Positions 16,479-25,384 of a stretch of DNA of 64,000 nucleotides are shown here, piece after piece; positions within the stretch are counted from its first letter, which is position 1; each line of letters starts with the position of its first letter. Source of the DNA: an uncultured Candidatus Peribacteria bacterium. GTDB lineage: Bacteria; Patescibacteriota; Gracilibacteria; UBA4473. The position numbers were made by a program, and so were the translations under genes. A model generated the notes under the pieces. It was not told the origin of the DNA. It did no database searches and saw only the letters and a program-made list of their open reading frames with translations. Where the stretch lies: positions 1,375 through 65,374 of the forward strand of contig CAZOER010000003.1 in the NCBI GenBank assembly GCA_964578905.1, given 5' to 3'.

Positions 16479-17764
16479 GGGCGGAATTCTCTGAGCATAT
16501 ATTCAAAATATTGAGGCATAAGATTCGGATGCCATTCGTGTTCGTTGTAATTCGATATTTCAGTGGTGAATTTTTCCAACTCTGGCCAATGTCCCGTTTC
16601 TTTTGCGAGTTGTAAGGCTCGTTTTACTTCCTCAATTTCACCAACACACTCAAAGGGTTTGCTTTCGGTTTGTCCGAGAAGTTGGGCAAACGTAGGATAG
16701 AGTGATTCATCAGCAAATAAATTTCCTCCGAATATTTCAATTAACTTTTCTCGCTCTACGAAAGAGGAAAAGAGAATGAAGACGAAAGCGCATTTTGGGC
16801 ATTTTTTACACCAACGCCACTCATTTGTTCCATCGGTAATACGGAAATTCGTATTACAACTTGAGAAATCTTTCTCATATTTTTCTAAAAAGTTTTTACA
16901 AAACAATTCTGCAATTTTGAGTTCCGATAATGGACGAAGGAATGAAAAATAATTCAGATCAGAAGAAATATGCGCATGTACATAACTTTGGAAATCGGAT
17001 TCAAACTCCAAACTTTTGGAATACTGATGATTTACGGGCACTCCATTAAATTCCAACGTCGGTTCATTCGCAGAATTTTCATTCGAAAGGATAACATTCT
17101 GTTTTCCTCTCAAAATACTACTGGCGACACCCAAAAATGCCAAGATGGCAGAGATCGGAACGTGGCCATTGAGCGCGCCGTCGCTATTGAGCTCGAATAA
17201 TTTTGGATCGATTATTCGTCGGACTTTTAAATGAGGTTTTCCGATTTTTTCAAGCATCGGAGCAAAAAATGGATAGTCACCAACCGTCCATGTTTCAAAA
17301 TCTTCGTTATTTTTCTTCAGAATTTCAGCGGTCGTAATGGAATCTTTTCCTCCTCCGATAGGAACGAGTGATCCAGCGAGACTCGGAAGATCAATCTGCT
17401 GACTTTGAGCACTTTCATCGAGTTCAAAATTTATTTTTCCATTGGGATCTATTTCATTTCTGTAAAAAAATTCTCCAAGTCCGTAGGTGTAAATTTTTTC
17501 AAAAAAGAGTTTTTGACTATCGGTGAGTCCACCATTTTTAAATTCAATTTTTTCAGGCAAGTATGCTTTGAAATAGGAAATTCCACACATTACAAATATT
17601 CCAAAGAGTGCTTTATTAAGTGCGTTCGGGTTGTAGTCGATGAAATCAAAATCAAATACAATCGTCTCTTCAAACGGAACTTTCCCGTCGAGCGAATAGT
17701 TCATCGTCAGTTTTTTTTCTTCAGGAGAAAATTTGTAAGTTTCAAAAATAAATCGTTCGTACAT
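16475..17764 (-). CDS. PP-loop ATPase-like protein translationally coupled to murD; candidate MurL-type UDP-MurNAc-L-Ala-L-Glu epimerase
   Basis: LVPIGGGKDSITTAEIL (SGGKDS-like PP-loop), Cys motif WRWCKKCPKCAFVF, ATGA overlap with the murD start (16475-16478). Confidence 0.45.
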   Translation of the reverse strand: MYERFIFETYKFSPEEKKLTMNYSLDGKVPFEETIVFDFDFIDYNPNALNKALFGIFVMCGISYFKAYLPEKIEFKNGGLTDSQKLFFEKIYTYGLGEFFYRNEIDPNGKINFELDESAQSQQIDLPSLAGSLVPIGGGKDSITTAEILKKNNEDFETWTVGDYPFFAPMLEKIGKPHLKVRRIIDPKLFELNSDGALNGHVPISAILAFLGVASSILRGKQNVILSNENSANEPTLEFNGVPVNHQYSKSLEFESDFQSYVHAHISSDLNYFSFLRPLSELKIAELFCKNFLEKYEKDFSSCNTNFRITDGTNEWRWCKKCPKCAFVFILFSSFVEREKLIEIFGGNLFADESLYPTFAQLLGQTESKPFECVGEIEEVKRALQLAKETGHWPELEKFTTEISNYNEHEWHPNLMPQYFEYMLREFRP

Positions 17765-17822
17765 GTCTTTTATTATTTCATGGAAGCCCGACGATACAAA
17801 ATTCCACTAAAAAAACAACCCC

Positions 17823-17898
17823 GTCATTGCGAAGAAGTTTTACGACTGAAGCAATCTTTTATCATTCTACAGGGAGATTGCCACGCTTCGCTCGCAAC
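17823..17898. repeat. Paired inverted GTCA-hairpin element, locus d (degenerate)
   Basis: GTCATTGCGAAG...TGAAGCAATC (17823-17856) and the inverted GATTGCCACGCTTCGCTCGCAAC (17876-17898). Confidence 0.6.
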
Positions 17899-18641
17899 TA
17901 GTGCAAGTGGGAAACCAATGCGATGATTCCGACTCCCAAAAGAAGGAGTGAAATTTGCTGAATCGCGTGTACAGGTTTGGTTTGTTTATGCAGTTCGGGA
18001 GAGAGATCCGCCAATGCGATATAAATGAAACTCGCAGCCGCAAATGCCATCACGTACGGAACGAATTCCATCATCGATTGTAAAAAGAAGTACCCGAGCC
18101 CAGCTCCAACAAATGCCGTCACTCCCGATAAAGCATTGAGCAAAATTGCTTTTTGTTTTGAGTATCCACTGTGGAGAAATATCCCAAAGTCGCCAATTTC
18201 TTGAGGAATTTCATGCACAATGATCGCCAATGCCACCATGATTCCTACAGGAACCGACACCAAAAATCCTCCTGCGATCATTACTCCGTCGATGAAGTTG
18301 TGCAGTGCGTCGCCGACAAAAACCATTTTCCCAATACTTTTATCATGCGAATGACAATCGATATTATGACAGTGGTGAATGCGGATAAGTTTCTCAAGGA
18401 AGAAGAAAAAGAGGATTCCTCCGAGCATGGTTTTTAATATTTTATCAGGGGCGAGTAATTCCAAACTTTCAGGAATCAATCCCAAGAATGCGCTTCCCAG
18501 TAAGGCCCCCGTCGCAAACGTCACGAGGATCGGTACGAGTTTCTTTTGAGCATCCTTCTTGAAAAGCAAAAAGAGCGAAGCGATCAAAACAGATCCCACA
18601 CTTCCCAAAAACGTGAACAGCAAAATATAAGTAAGAGTCAT
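17898..18641 (-). CDS. ZIP-family divalent metal (zinc) transporter
   Basis: HEIPQEIGDFGIFLHSGYSK, His-rich loop HHCHNIDCHSHDKS, multiple TM helices. Start set at MTLTYILL (ATG 18641) to avoid overlap with the upstream gene and terminator. Confidence 0.8.
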   Translation of the reverse strand: MTLTYILLFTFLGSVGSVLIASLFLLFKKDAQKKLVPILVTFATGALLGSAFLGLIPESLELLAPDKILKTMLGGILFFFFLEKLIRIHHCHNIDCHSHDKSIGKMVFVGDALHNFIDGVMIAGGFLVSVPVGIMVALAIIVHEIPQEIGDFGIFLHSGYSKQKAILLNALSGVTAFVGAGLGYFFLQSMMEFVPYVMAFAAASFIYIALADLSPELHKQTKPVHAIQQISLLLLGVGIIALVSHLH

Positions 18642-18675
18642 TGTGCGATGATTGTAGTAAGTTTTTGGATCAAGT

Positions 18676-18703
18676 AAAAAAAAAGCCATCACACTGTGAT
18701 GGC
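18676..18703 (-). terminator. Intrinsic terminator ending the flp operon
   Basis: GCCATCAC-act-GTGATGGC perfect stem followed on the minus strand by a T9 run. Confidence 0.7.
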
Positions 18704-18733
18704 CTTTCCGCTTAAATGGTGTGTTGTTAGTTC

Positions 18734-19387
18734 TTAATCCAAACAAAAATCTCTTCGTGAAAGGATTGGACACGGCATGTCTCCAGAATCTTGTGCGAAT
18801 TTCTTTTCACAAACTCGACTGTAAATTCGGTCATTTCCGTTTTCGTCTCTTCGTACGTAGAAACTGAGTCGTTCGTGTACTCGTTTATTCTTCACGTCAT
18901 CGTTGTAGTGGTATGAATATTTCACACACACAATATCACTGTGGAAATCATCATTCACTTCTGGCATCCAAAAGTTCCAGTTTTCATATCCGTCTGACAT
19001 TTTGTTGTATTCATCAGAGACACGGTTCACAGCGTATGGACTTTCGGGATTACATTTTGCTGGATCGAGCAAACGACAAGCGTTTTCAAAATCCTGTTTG
19101 TTGTACGCAGAAAAATAAGCTTTTACTGTTCCGAGTGCATCGTTTGCTTTTCCAACATATTGAGCTGGGAAATGCACCGGTGCGGTTGGCAAAGCTTCAC
19201 CTACTTCAATTCGTGGAGCAGAAGAATGAAAAACATCTTCCTCTGTGTAGTCAGGCAATACCTGAGACGAGAGAAAGAGTGCAGTACTTGCAACAGCAAG
19301 GATAACGAGAGTGCTTGTCCCCCAAAAGATAAGTTCTTTCTTATGTGCAGAAAGAATGTCGGTAACGGTTTTTGTAATTTTTTTCAT
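18734..19387 (-). CDS. Membrane-anchored Cys-rich extracytoplasmic protein, last gene of the flp operon
   Basis: N-terminal anchor ELIFWGTSTLVILAVASTALFLSS. NTF2-like signature AYFSAYNKQDFENACRLLDP. Confidence 0.5.
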   Translation of the reverse strand: MKKITKTVTDILSAHKKELIFWGTSTLVILAVASTALFLSSQVLPDYTEEDVFHSSAPRIEVGEALPTAPVHFPAQYVGKANDALGTVKAYFSAYNKQDFENACRLLDPAKCNPESPYAVNRVSDEYNKMSDGYENWNFWMPEVNDDFHSDIVCVKYSYHYNDDVKNKRVHERLSFYVRRDENGNDRIYSRVCEKKFAQDSGDMPCPILSRRDFCLD

Positions 19388-19453
19388 AAGAGAAAGTTAA
19401 CCCTTCTTCTAAGTATACCACAGAATCCCTTTCATAGCAAGGGGTGGAGGGCG

Positions 19454-20002
19454 TTAAAATGGAGTCGCGATATATGAAATGGCATGCACCTGGATTTCAT
19501 CATCGGTGACAGGGAAAATCCCTCCGAGGAATCGTTGAGGAGTATCACTCACAATCACTTGTATTTGAAGCTCGAAAACCCCTTCGTACTCGTATGGGAA
19601 GGTTATTTGTATATCTTCATTTCCAATGATTAATTGGGGATCGTACGTAATTAAAAATGAAATGCTTGCATCAGAAACTGCCTCCTGAACAGTTGGAGAA
19701 CCGACAAGATCAACAACTTCTCCGCTCGTAAGAAAATCAAACATGTTTTCAGAACTACAGACAGCAGGGGGTTCTTCGACCATGCACTGTGCAGATTTAT
19801 TTTCCTCAGCTTTTATTTCCATTGCATCTGAGAATTTCAACATGCCCGCATTGGCACTCTGTTTCACAAGTGGCTGGAGTTCTCCATGACGTAAATAGAA
19901 GCTTCCAACATCAAGAATAATCGCGCCCACGAGGAAAAGAACCATCAGAAGGATGGCTATAAAGGGGAGTACGAATCCATCTTCATTTCGCACTACTGGC
20001 AT
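19454..20002 (-). CDS. TadG/TadE-like pseudopilin (Tad_N-type N-terminus)
   Basis: GFVLPFIAILLMVLFLVGAIILDVGSFYLRHGELQ. 10-nt overlap with the upstream tadE-like gene. Confidence 0.6.
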   Translation of the reverse strand: MPVVRNEDGFVLPFIAILLMVLFLVGAIILDVGSFYLRHGELQPLVKQSANAGMLKFSDAMEIKAEENKSAQCMVEEPPAVCSSENMFDFLTSGEVVDLVGSPTVQEAVSDASISFLITYDPQLIIGNEDIQITFPYEYEGVFELQIQVIVSDTPQRFLGGIFPVTDDEIQVHAISYIATPF

Positions 20003-20427
20003 GTGTAGGGAGGGTCAAGATTGGTACACAGAACTTTTGCAGAGCTTGTCGTTTGCGTATCATTTACCGCCACTTCCCAAAATGGAATCGTAAGAAAAAA
20101 CGGTTTTTGCATTGATACCGTCAGAATGTCTTTGTATTTTCGATTGGTATTGAGAATGACATTTCCCGTTTCTCCATCGCGACTTTCAATTTGAAAATCA
20201 ATATCATCGCCATCGTAAAATTCTTCAATTGCGCCACTGATTTTCAAATCATTATTTGTCAGTGAACCGACTTGTACGGCGTAATTCGTCACGTATAAAA
20301 GCTTCTGTTTCTCAGCAATAGCGAGTCCGAGTTGCAGAAATCCAAAAACAATAAGAAAAAGCAGGGGGAGCAGAAGTGCGGTTTCTCCCAAAGCTTGACC
20401 GCGTTGGTCATGCCAAAGTTTTTTCAT
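19993..20427 (-). CDS. TadE-like pseudopilin
   Basis: RGQALGETALLLPLLFLIVFGFLQLGLAI N-terminal motif. ATGA overlap with the upstream gene. Confidence 0.65.
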   Translation of the reverse strand: MKKLWHDQRGQALGETALLLPLLFLIVFGFLQLGLAIAEKQKLLYVTNYAVQVGSLTNNDLKISGAIEEFYDGDDIDFQIESRDGETGNVILNTNRKYKDILTVSMQKPFFLTIPFWEVAVNDTQTTSSAKVLCTNLDPPYTCQ

Positions 20428-20750
20428 TTTTTTAGAGGAAAAATATGAATGGTATCTTTTGGTCGAATATCATCGGGAAAATAATCATCGGAAAGCTCTA
20501 AAACACTCACGGCTTGTTTGCACGTTTTCGTTTTCCACGGATAGACATGACGATCAATGCGAATAATCTGAGAAAAAGGATCGAGCCAGATGAGAGAAAG
20601 CGGGGCACGGAGGAAACAGGTGTGAACCCCCCAACACTGAGGGATAAATAGTGGCTGAAAGGGAGGTTTTTTCCCCATAAGCCCGCACACTCTCTCTATC
20701 CAATGAGTCGCAACAGAACACGGAATATGATGATACAGACTAGACGGCAT
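20424..20750 (-). CDS. DUF192-family protein (start uncertain)
   Basis: RVCGLMGKK...CFLRAPLSLIWLD..SQIIRI....YPWK......AVSVLEL pattern typical of DUF192. The ORF-track N-terminus overlaps flp, so the internal ATG at 20750 was chosen. Confidence 0.5.
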   Translation of the reverse strand: MPSSLYHHIPCSVATHWIERVCGLMGKKPPFQPLFIPQCWGVHTCFLRAPLSLIWLDPFSQIIRIDRHVYPWKTKTCKQAVSVLELSDDYFPDDIRPKDTIHIFPLKK

Positions 20751-20901
20751 CAACAACACCTTGGAATATTGCCTGGATGTCAGTTCCAAGGAGTGTGACT
20801 GTACCAACCACGACTACAGCGACAACTGCCAAGATGAGGGCATATTCGGTCATTGTTTGACCGGAATTGTTAGTAAACATTCTGATGAAAGATTTTTTCA
20901 T
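20740..20901 (-). CDS. flp: Flp-family type IVb pilin
   Basis: MKKSFIRMFTNNSG/QTMTEYALILAVVAVVVVG, matching the G-x4-EY Flp processing motif plus hydrophobic helix. 53 aa from ATG 20901. Confidence 0.75.
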   Translation of the reverse strand: MKKSFIRMFTNNSGQTMTEYALILAVVAVVVVGTVTLLGTDIQAIFQGVVDAV

Positions 20902-21163
20902 AAGAAGGGGGGTTAAGAAGTACTGCGAAGATGGCACAGCTTTTTTGGCAATGCCAATATTTTCATGAAACAGAATGATGTGTGTTTTTATCTTCGGAAT
21001 GACTTCTTCCTTCTTGGAAAACGAATGAATTACGCTCTGTGACAACAATTAACACATTTGAGCGAAGGGGGAGGCCTTTTCAATTGTGAAATTTATGTGA
21101 AGAAATGAGCCCTTTTCAGCCCTCCCGACTTCCCAAGTTTTAAAATTTCGGGATACTGAGAGT

Positions 21164-21601
21164 ATGAATATTGATGGATTAGAACTGGCAATTCTCTTGG
21201 TCGCAGGGGTAGGCGCTGTGTGGGATATGCGCACATACACTATTCCCAATTGGCTCACTATGTCGGCACTTTTTGGAGTAATTTTCTTTGGATATTTTTT
21301 CACGGACGACGAGCGAACGGTATATGTACTGACACTTATTTTGGCGAGTATTCTTTTATGGGGATCATTCTTTCTTAAACTCCTTGGAGGAGGAGACATA
21401 AAGATGCTCCTTGTTATGGCGATATCTACCTCTATTCCTGAGTTTGCTCAAATCTTGTTTTTCGTCGCGGTTATGGGGGGACTCCAAGCACTTACAAGCG
21501 GTCTTTATTTCAAATGGAAAAAGGTTCCCAAGCCCTTCAAAGTACCGATTCCTTATGGAGTCGCGATATTTCTGGGGTATGGAGTGTATTTATTGATTTA
21601 G
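21164..21601 (+). CDS. cpaA: Flp prepilin peptidase (CpaA/TadV, A24 aspartic peptidase)
   Basis: VWDMRTYTIPNWL and GGGDIKMLLVM catalytic Asp motifs. 145 aa, polytopic. Confidence 0.75.
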   Translation: MNIDGLELAILLVAGVGAVWDMRTYTIPNWLTMSALFGVIFFGYFFTDDERTVYVLTLILASILLWGSFFLKLLGGGDIKMLLVMAISTSIPEFAQILFFVAVMGGLQALTSGLYFKWKKVPKPFKVPIPYGVAIFLGYGVYLLI

Positions 21602-21933
21602 TTTTCGATCACCACGCTTCCACTTTCAAAAGGGAACTTCTCGATGGTGATTTTTAGATCTTGCAGTTCTGGGAAATAATTTCCTACGGCTTGAAATAAT
21701 TCGTGGTGGAGTTTTTCCAACAACGAAAAGGATTTATCTTGTAAAAAGGTTTTCACAAACTCTCGGACAACGAAGTAATCAGTTGTGTCAGCAAGATTGT
21801 CAGATTGCTCTGCCTTCGTAGTGTCGGCGTTCCAGAAGAGAGAAATAATAATTTTCTGTGGTAGAGATCGTTCTTCTGGAGTTATCCCCAGAGAGAGTAA
21901 AATTTCGATGTCTCGAATTTCAAATTTCATCAC
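21598..21933 (-). CDS. folB: Dihydroneopterin aldolase family protein
   Basis: IRDIEILLSLGITPEERSLPQKIIISL...DNLADTTDYFVV...LLEKL, 111 aa. Confidence 0.65.
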   Translation of the reverse strand: MMKFEIRDIEILLSLGITPEERSLPQKIIISLFWNADTTKAEQSDNLADTTDYFVVREFVKTFLQDKSFSLLEKLHHELFQAVGNYFPELQDLKITIEKFPFESGSVVIEN

Positions 21934-21954
21934 TTTGAGTGTACACTTCTCGTG

Positions 21955-22539
21955 ATGGCAGGAAAAATTATTTTTATATCGGGACCTTCAGGCGTTGGAA
22001 AAGGAACGCTCATTGATCAGTTGCGCGAGAAGCATCCCGAATGGTTGTTTCCGCCCAGTTGTACGACGCGTGCTCCGCGTCCGGGAGAGATTGATGGAGA
22101 GACCTATTTCTTTATTTCTCAGGAGAAATTTCGACAAAAAATAAGCGAAGGAGAGTTCCTCGAACATGCGATTGTACACGGAGGGGAATCATATGGAACG
22201 TTGCGACAACCGCTTCTTGAAGGAGTCAAAGAAGGAAAAACTGTTGTGCGGGAATTTGATGTGCAAGGCTTTTCACAAGCGAGAGAAACATTATCCAAGG
22301 ATCTTTATATTTCTATATTCCTCAAACCGGGGGATGGAATTGAAACACTCATCCAACGGATACGAGACAGGGCGCCAATTACGGACATTGAACTCGCGAA
22401 ACGACTCGAATCGATGAAAAAAGAGTTGGCACAAGAAAAATACTATGATTATACTGTGGTGTCGGAGCACGGTGAGATAGATCAAATGACTCACGACACA
22501 GAGGAGATTATTCTGTCACAAACTGCTCCGGGTTCTTAA
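21955..22539 (+). CDS. gmk: Guanylate kinase
   Basis: ISGPSGVGKGT, TTRAPRPGEIDGETYFFIS. Confidence 0.9.
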   Translation: MAGKIIFISGPSGVGKGTLIDQLREKHPEWLFPPSCTTRAPRPGEIDGETYFFISQEKFRQKISEGEFLEHAIVHGGESYGTLRQPLLEGVKEGKTVVREFDVQGFSQARETLSKDLYISIFLKPGDGIETLIQRIRDRAPITDIELAKRLESMKKELAQEKYYDYTVVSEHGEIDQMTHDTEEIILSQTAPGS

Positions 22540-22550
22540 CAGCCCTTGCG

Positions 22551-22943
22551 ATGACCAAGGAGAAACAGATCGGAGACCGCGGCGAAGAAATCGCCCGGGA
22601 GTTTTTGGAACGCAAAGGGCTCGAGTTTTTGCACAAAAATTATCATGCTCAAGGGGGGGAGTTAGATATTATTATGAAAGATCAGCAAAACGATGAATAT
22701 GTTTTTATCGAAGTGAAAACAAGGACGAATGAAGCGTTTGGATATGGGGAAGAATCTATAACCCCTGCGAAGTTTGAAAAAATACTGTCAGCCATTGAGG
22801 CTTTTTTCCTCAAAGAACACTGCCTGGATGAACTTCCTTTTTTCCGAGTAGATGCGGTTATTGTGCACCTCAAAACAGGGGAAACCTTTTGCGAACACAT
22901 TGAAGATATTGGGATGGAAGATTTTCCAGGGTCGCTATCATAA
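22551..22943 (+). CDS. YraN-family (UPF0102) endonuclease-like protein
   Basis: GDRGEEIAREFLERKG, GGELDIIMKD, FIEVKTR. Confidence 0.8.
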   Translation: MTKEKQIGDRGEEIAREFLERKGLEFLHKNYHAQGGELDIIMKDQQNDEYVFIEVKTRTNEAFGYGEESITPAKFEKILSAIEAFFLKEHCLDELPFFRVDAVIVHLKTGETFCEHIEDIGMEDFPGSLS

Positions 22944-24752
22944 ATTCTTTTTCAGACTCTCGAACTGTGTAGGACTCAGAACGTTGAGAAGGTCTTTTCT
23001 ATTTGCCTTCTTTATTTCTCCCACAGAACCAAACACCTGAAGCAGTTTCTTCTTTGTTGTTCCTCCGATTCCAGGAATATCGTCGAGAACTGACTTAATA
23101 GCTTTTTTATCTCTCACTGACCTGTGAAATGAAATCGCAAATCGATGCGCTTCATCTCGAATTCGTTGTAACAATTTCAAAGCCGGATCATCAAAGGGAA
23201 GTTCGATCGGTTCTTTTTTATTCGGAAGAAAAATTTCTTCTTCACGTTTTGCCAGCGCGATGATTTGCTTCGTTGGACGGAAGTTTTTCGGAAAAGATTT
23301 CGCTTTACTAAATCGTGCCACGGCTTTCATCACACTTGAGAGTTGTCCTTTTCCACCATCGATAACGATGAGATCGGGGAATTTTTCAGCGAACTTTTTG
23401 TCATCTTTTCGTGCAAATCGACGAGCAAGAATCTCATTCATAGCCGCAAAATCATCCACTTGTCCGTCGGGCAATGTTTTAACCGTGAACCGTCGGTACT
23501 CAGACTTCTTCGGCTCTCCAGAAATAAATACAACCTGGCTTGCAACCGTAGAAGTTCCTCCCAAATGCGAAATATCGAAACATTCCATGCGTCGGGGCAC
23601 TTCCTTTAAATTCAACGCTTCGGCGAGTCGAGGAAGGGCTTTGGCAAAATTCTGTGCATGGGATTCTTCTTCTATTAATTTTCGTTCAGCAAAAAGTTTT
23701 GCATTTTTCGCCGTCATATCGAGAACTATTTTTTTCTCTCCGCGTTGAGGAATGAGAATGGTTATTTTTTCATTATTCCCAAAGTTTTCTGATAAAAATT
23801 GAGCTGTTTTTTCCGCGTCATCCAATTGGACTGGTACAAAAATCTCAGACGGCATTTCCTGCACTTTTTCATAAAATTGCATGAGAAAAGATTCCAAAAC
23901 TTCTTGATCAGAAATGAATTCTTCTGCACGAAAACTAAATTCGTTTTGATCCAAAAGTTTCCCTTGGCGAAACGCAATTCGTATTACATAGACTGCGTTT
24001 TCGTGTCTGACGAAATGTACAAAATCGCGATTAATATTGTCATCAAATTGCACCGTTTGCTTCCGAGTAGAGGCTTCAATTGATTGAATGGTGTCTCGTG
24101 TTTTGGCAGCGGCTTCAAAGTTCTTTTCACCGGCGAATTTCTTCATTTTCTCTGTTAAAATTTTCAAAACTTCTCCCGTTTGTCCGCGAAGAAATTGGGT
24201 CATCATTTTCACATTGTTGTTGTAGGACTCTTTATCATTTTCCAGTCCTCCCGTGATCACGAGTGGATAATAATCGAGAGAAGATTTGGTCATCTTTATC
24301 CGAAAAAACTTCTGACAGAATCGCACTGTTTCTCGGAATTCTTTCGCGGAAGTTTTGGGTCCGATGTACGTACTTCCATCACGAACTAAACGACGAGTGA
24401 TTTCCATCTTGGGAAAATCTTCATTCGTGATTCGTAAATACACGAAATTTTTATCGTCTTTGAGTCGCACATTAAACCGCGGTTGGAATTCTTTAATCAA
24501 ATTGTTCTCCAAAATCATAGCTTCCATATCAGAGCCGACCGTACGCGTTTCAATCTTTCTGATTTTTGACGTCATCAGTTCTATGCGAGGAGAAGTTGGT
24601 TTTTTTCCAAAATAACTCGATACGCGTTTTCGTAAATGCTTCGCCTTTCCGACATACAGAAGTTGCTCGTTTTTATCCCAAAATAAATAACAACCAGGGT
24701 CGGTTGGAATTTTTGCAGATCGAAACGAAAACGGTTTTTCTTTTGTTTTCAC
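22938..24752 (-). CDS. uvrC: Excinuclease ABC subunit C
   Basis: GIY-YIG (GCYLFWDKNEQLLYVGKAKHLRKRVSSYF), UVR and RNase H-like regions, C-terminal HhH IPGIGGTTKKKLL. Confidence 0.95.
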   Translation of the reverse strand: MKTKEKPFSFRSAKIPTDPGCYLFWDKNEQLLYVGKAKHLRKRVSSYFGKKPTSPRIELMTSKIRKIETRTVGSDMEAMILENNLIKEFQPRFNVRLKDDKNFVYLRITNEDFPKMEITRRLVRDGSTYIGPKTSAKEFRETVRFCQKFFRIKMTKSSLDYYPLVITGGLENDKESYNNNVKMMTQFLRGQTGEVLKILTEKMKKFAGEKNFEAAAKTRDTIQSIEASTRKQTVQFDDNINRDFVHFVRHENAVYVIRIAFRQGKLLDQNEFSFRAEEFISDQEVLESFLMQFYEKVQEMPSEIFVPVQLDDAEKTAQFLSENFGNNEKITILIPQRGEKKIVLDMTAKNAKLFAERKLIEEESHAQNFAKALPRLAEALNLKEVPRRMECFDISHLGGTSTVASQVVFISGEPKKSEYRRFTVKTLPDGQVDDFAAMNEILARRFARKDDKKFAEKFPDLIVIDGGKGQLSSVMKAVARFSKAKSFPKNFRPTKQIIALAKREEEIFLPNKKEPIELPFDDPALKLLQRIRDEAHRFAISFHRSVRDKKAIKSVLDDIPGIGGTTKKKLLQVFGSVGEIKKANRKDLLNVLSPTQFESLKKNL

Positions 24753-24794
24753 GGAAGGAGTTTACTTTTTTAGTGAAAAAATTAAAATCACATC

Positions 24795-25127
24795 GTGAAA
24801 AAAATTATTAAAGCTTTCAAAAAGGAGCCCAAAAACCCGAGCGATATCGCGGCAGCTCAAAAAGAACTTCACCAAATTAAAAAAGTTCTCGACGGAGCTG
24901 GGTTTTCCGATTTCGTCAGATACCTTCGTTCTCCATGGCGTATCATGTGGATTAATTTCTGGGCAGGAGTGTTCCGAGGTCTTGGAATTTTGATAGGAAT
25001 GACCGTGGTGGTGGCGCTCTTGGTATGGTTTTTGACAAAGCTTGTAGATTTTCCGCTGATTGGAGAATACTTTGAGCAGATGCTCGATGCGATTAAACTC
25101 TATACGCCGACAAACGGCATGCGATGA
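24795..25127 (+). CDS. Small membrane protein (DUF5665-like)
   Basis: GTG start. INFWAGVFRGLGILIGMTVVVALLVWFL. Confidence 0.5.
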   Translation: MKKIIKAFKKEPKNPSDIAAAQKELHQIKKVLDGAGFSDFVRYLRSPWRIMWINFWAGVFRGLGILIGMTVVVALLVWFLTKLVDFPLIGEYFEQMLDAIKLYTPTNGMR

Positions 25128-25384
25128 TTATCAAATTTCTGATTTCTTTTATTTCTATACTTTCCCAACTTTTATTTTGGGCGGTATTTATAAGCGTTGT
25201 GCTGTCGTGGTTTTCAGAAAAGAGAAGCAAGCTTGGAATGATGCTTGATCAGATTGTTGTACCACTCCTTCGTCCGTTTAGCTGGGCACGGATTGGGATG
25301 TTCGATTTTTCTCCTATTCTTCTCATAATCCTACTTGCGGTTATAAGAAATATATCGGTTGAGCTCTTGTTGAAGTTGATGTAG
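25124..25384 (+). CDS. YggT-family membrane protein
   Basis: 86 aa, LLFWAVFISVVLSWF...IVVPLLRPF. ATGA overlap with the upstream gene. Confidence 0.6.
   Translation: MIIKFLISFISILSQLLFWAVFISVVLSWFSEKRSKLGMMLDQIVVPLLRPFSWARIGMFDFSPILLIILLAVIRNISVELLLKLM

Noticed and set aside
17405-17926. ORF 17405..17926(+)
   Set aside because: It is antisense to the PP-loop gene and reads through repeat locus d. Its composition is Phe/Lys-rich and low in complexity.
20932-20950. Sigma54-like TGGCAC...TTGGCA in the flp/cpaA divergent region
   Set aside because: The GG-to-GC spacing is 13 nt instead of 10, and the orientation does not point at flp.
21049-21399. ORF 21049..21399(-) 116 aa
   Set aside because: It overlaps the start of the prepilin peptidase gene on the opposite strand and has no motif. 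The Flp gene upstream has a convincing shorter start.
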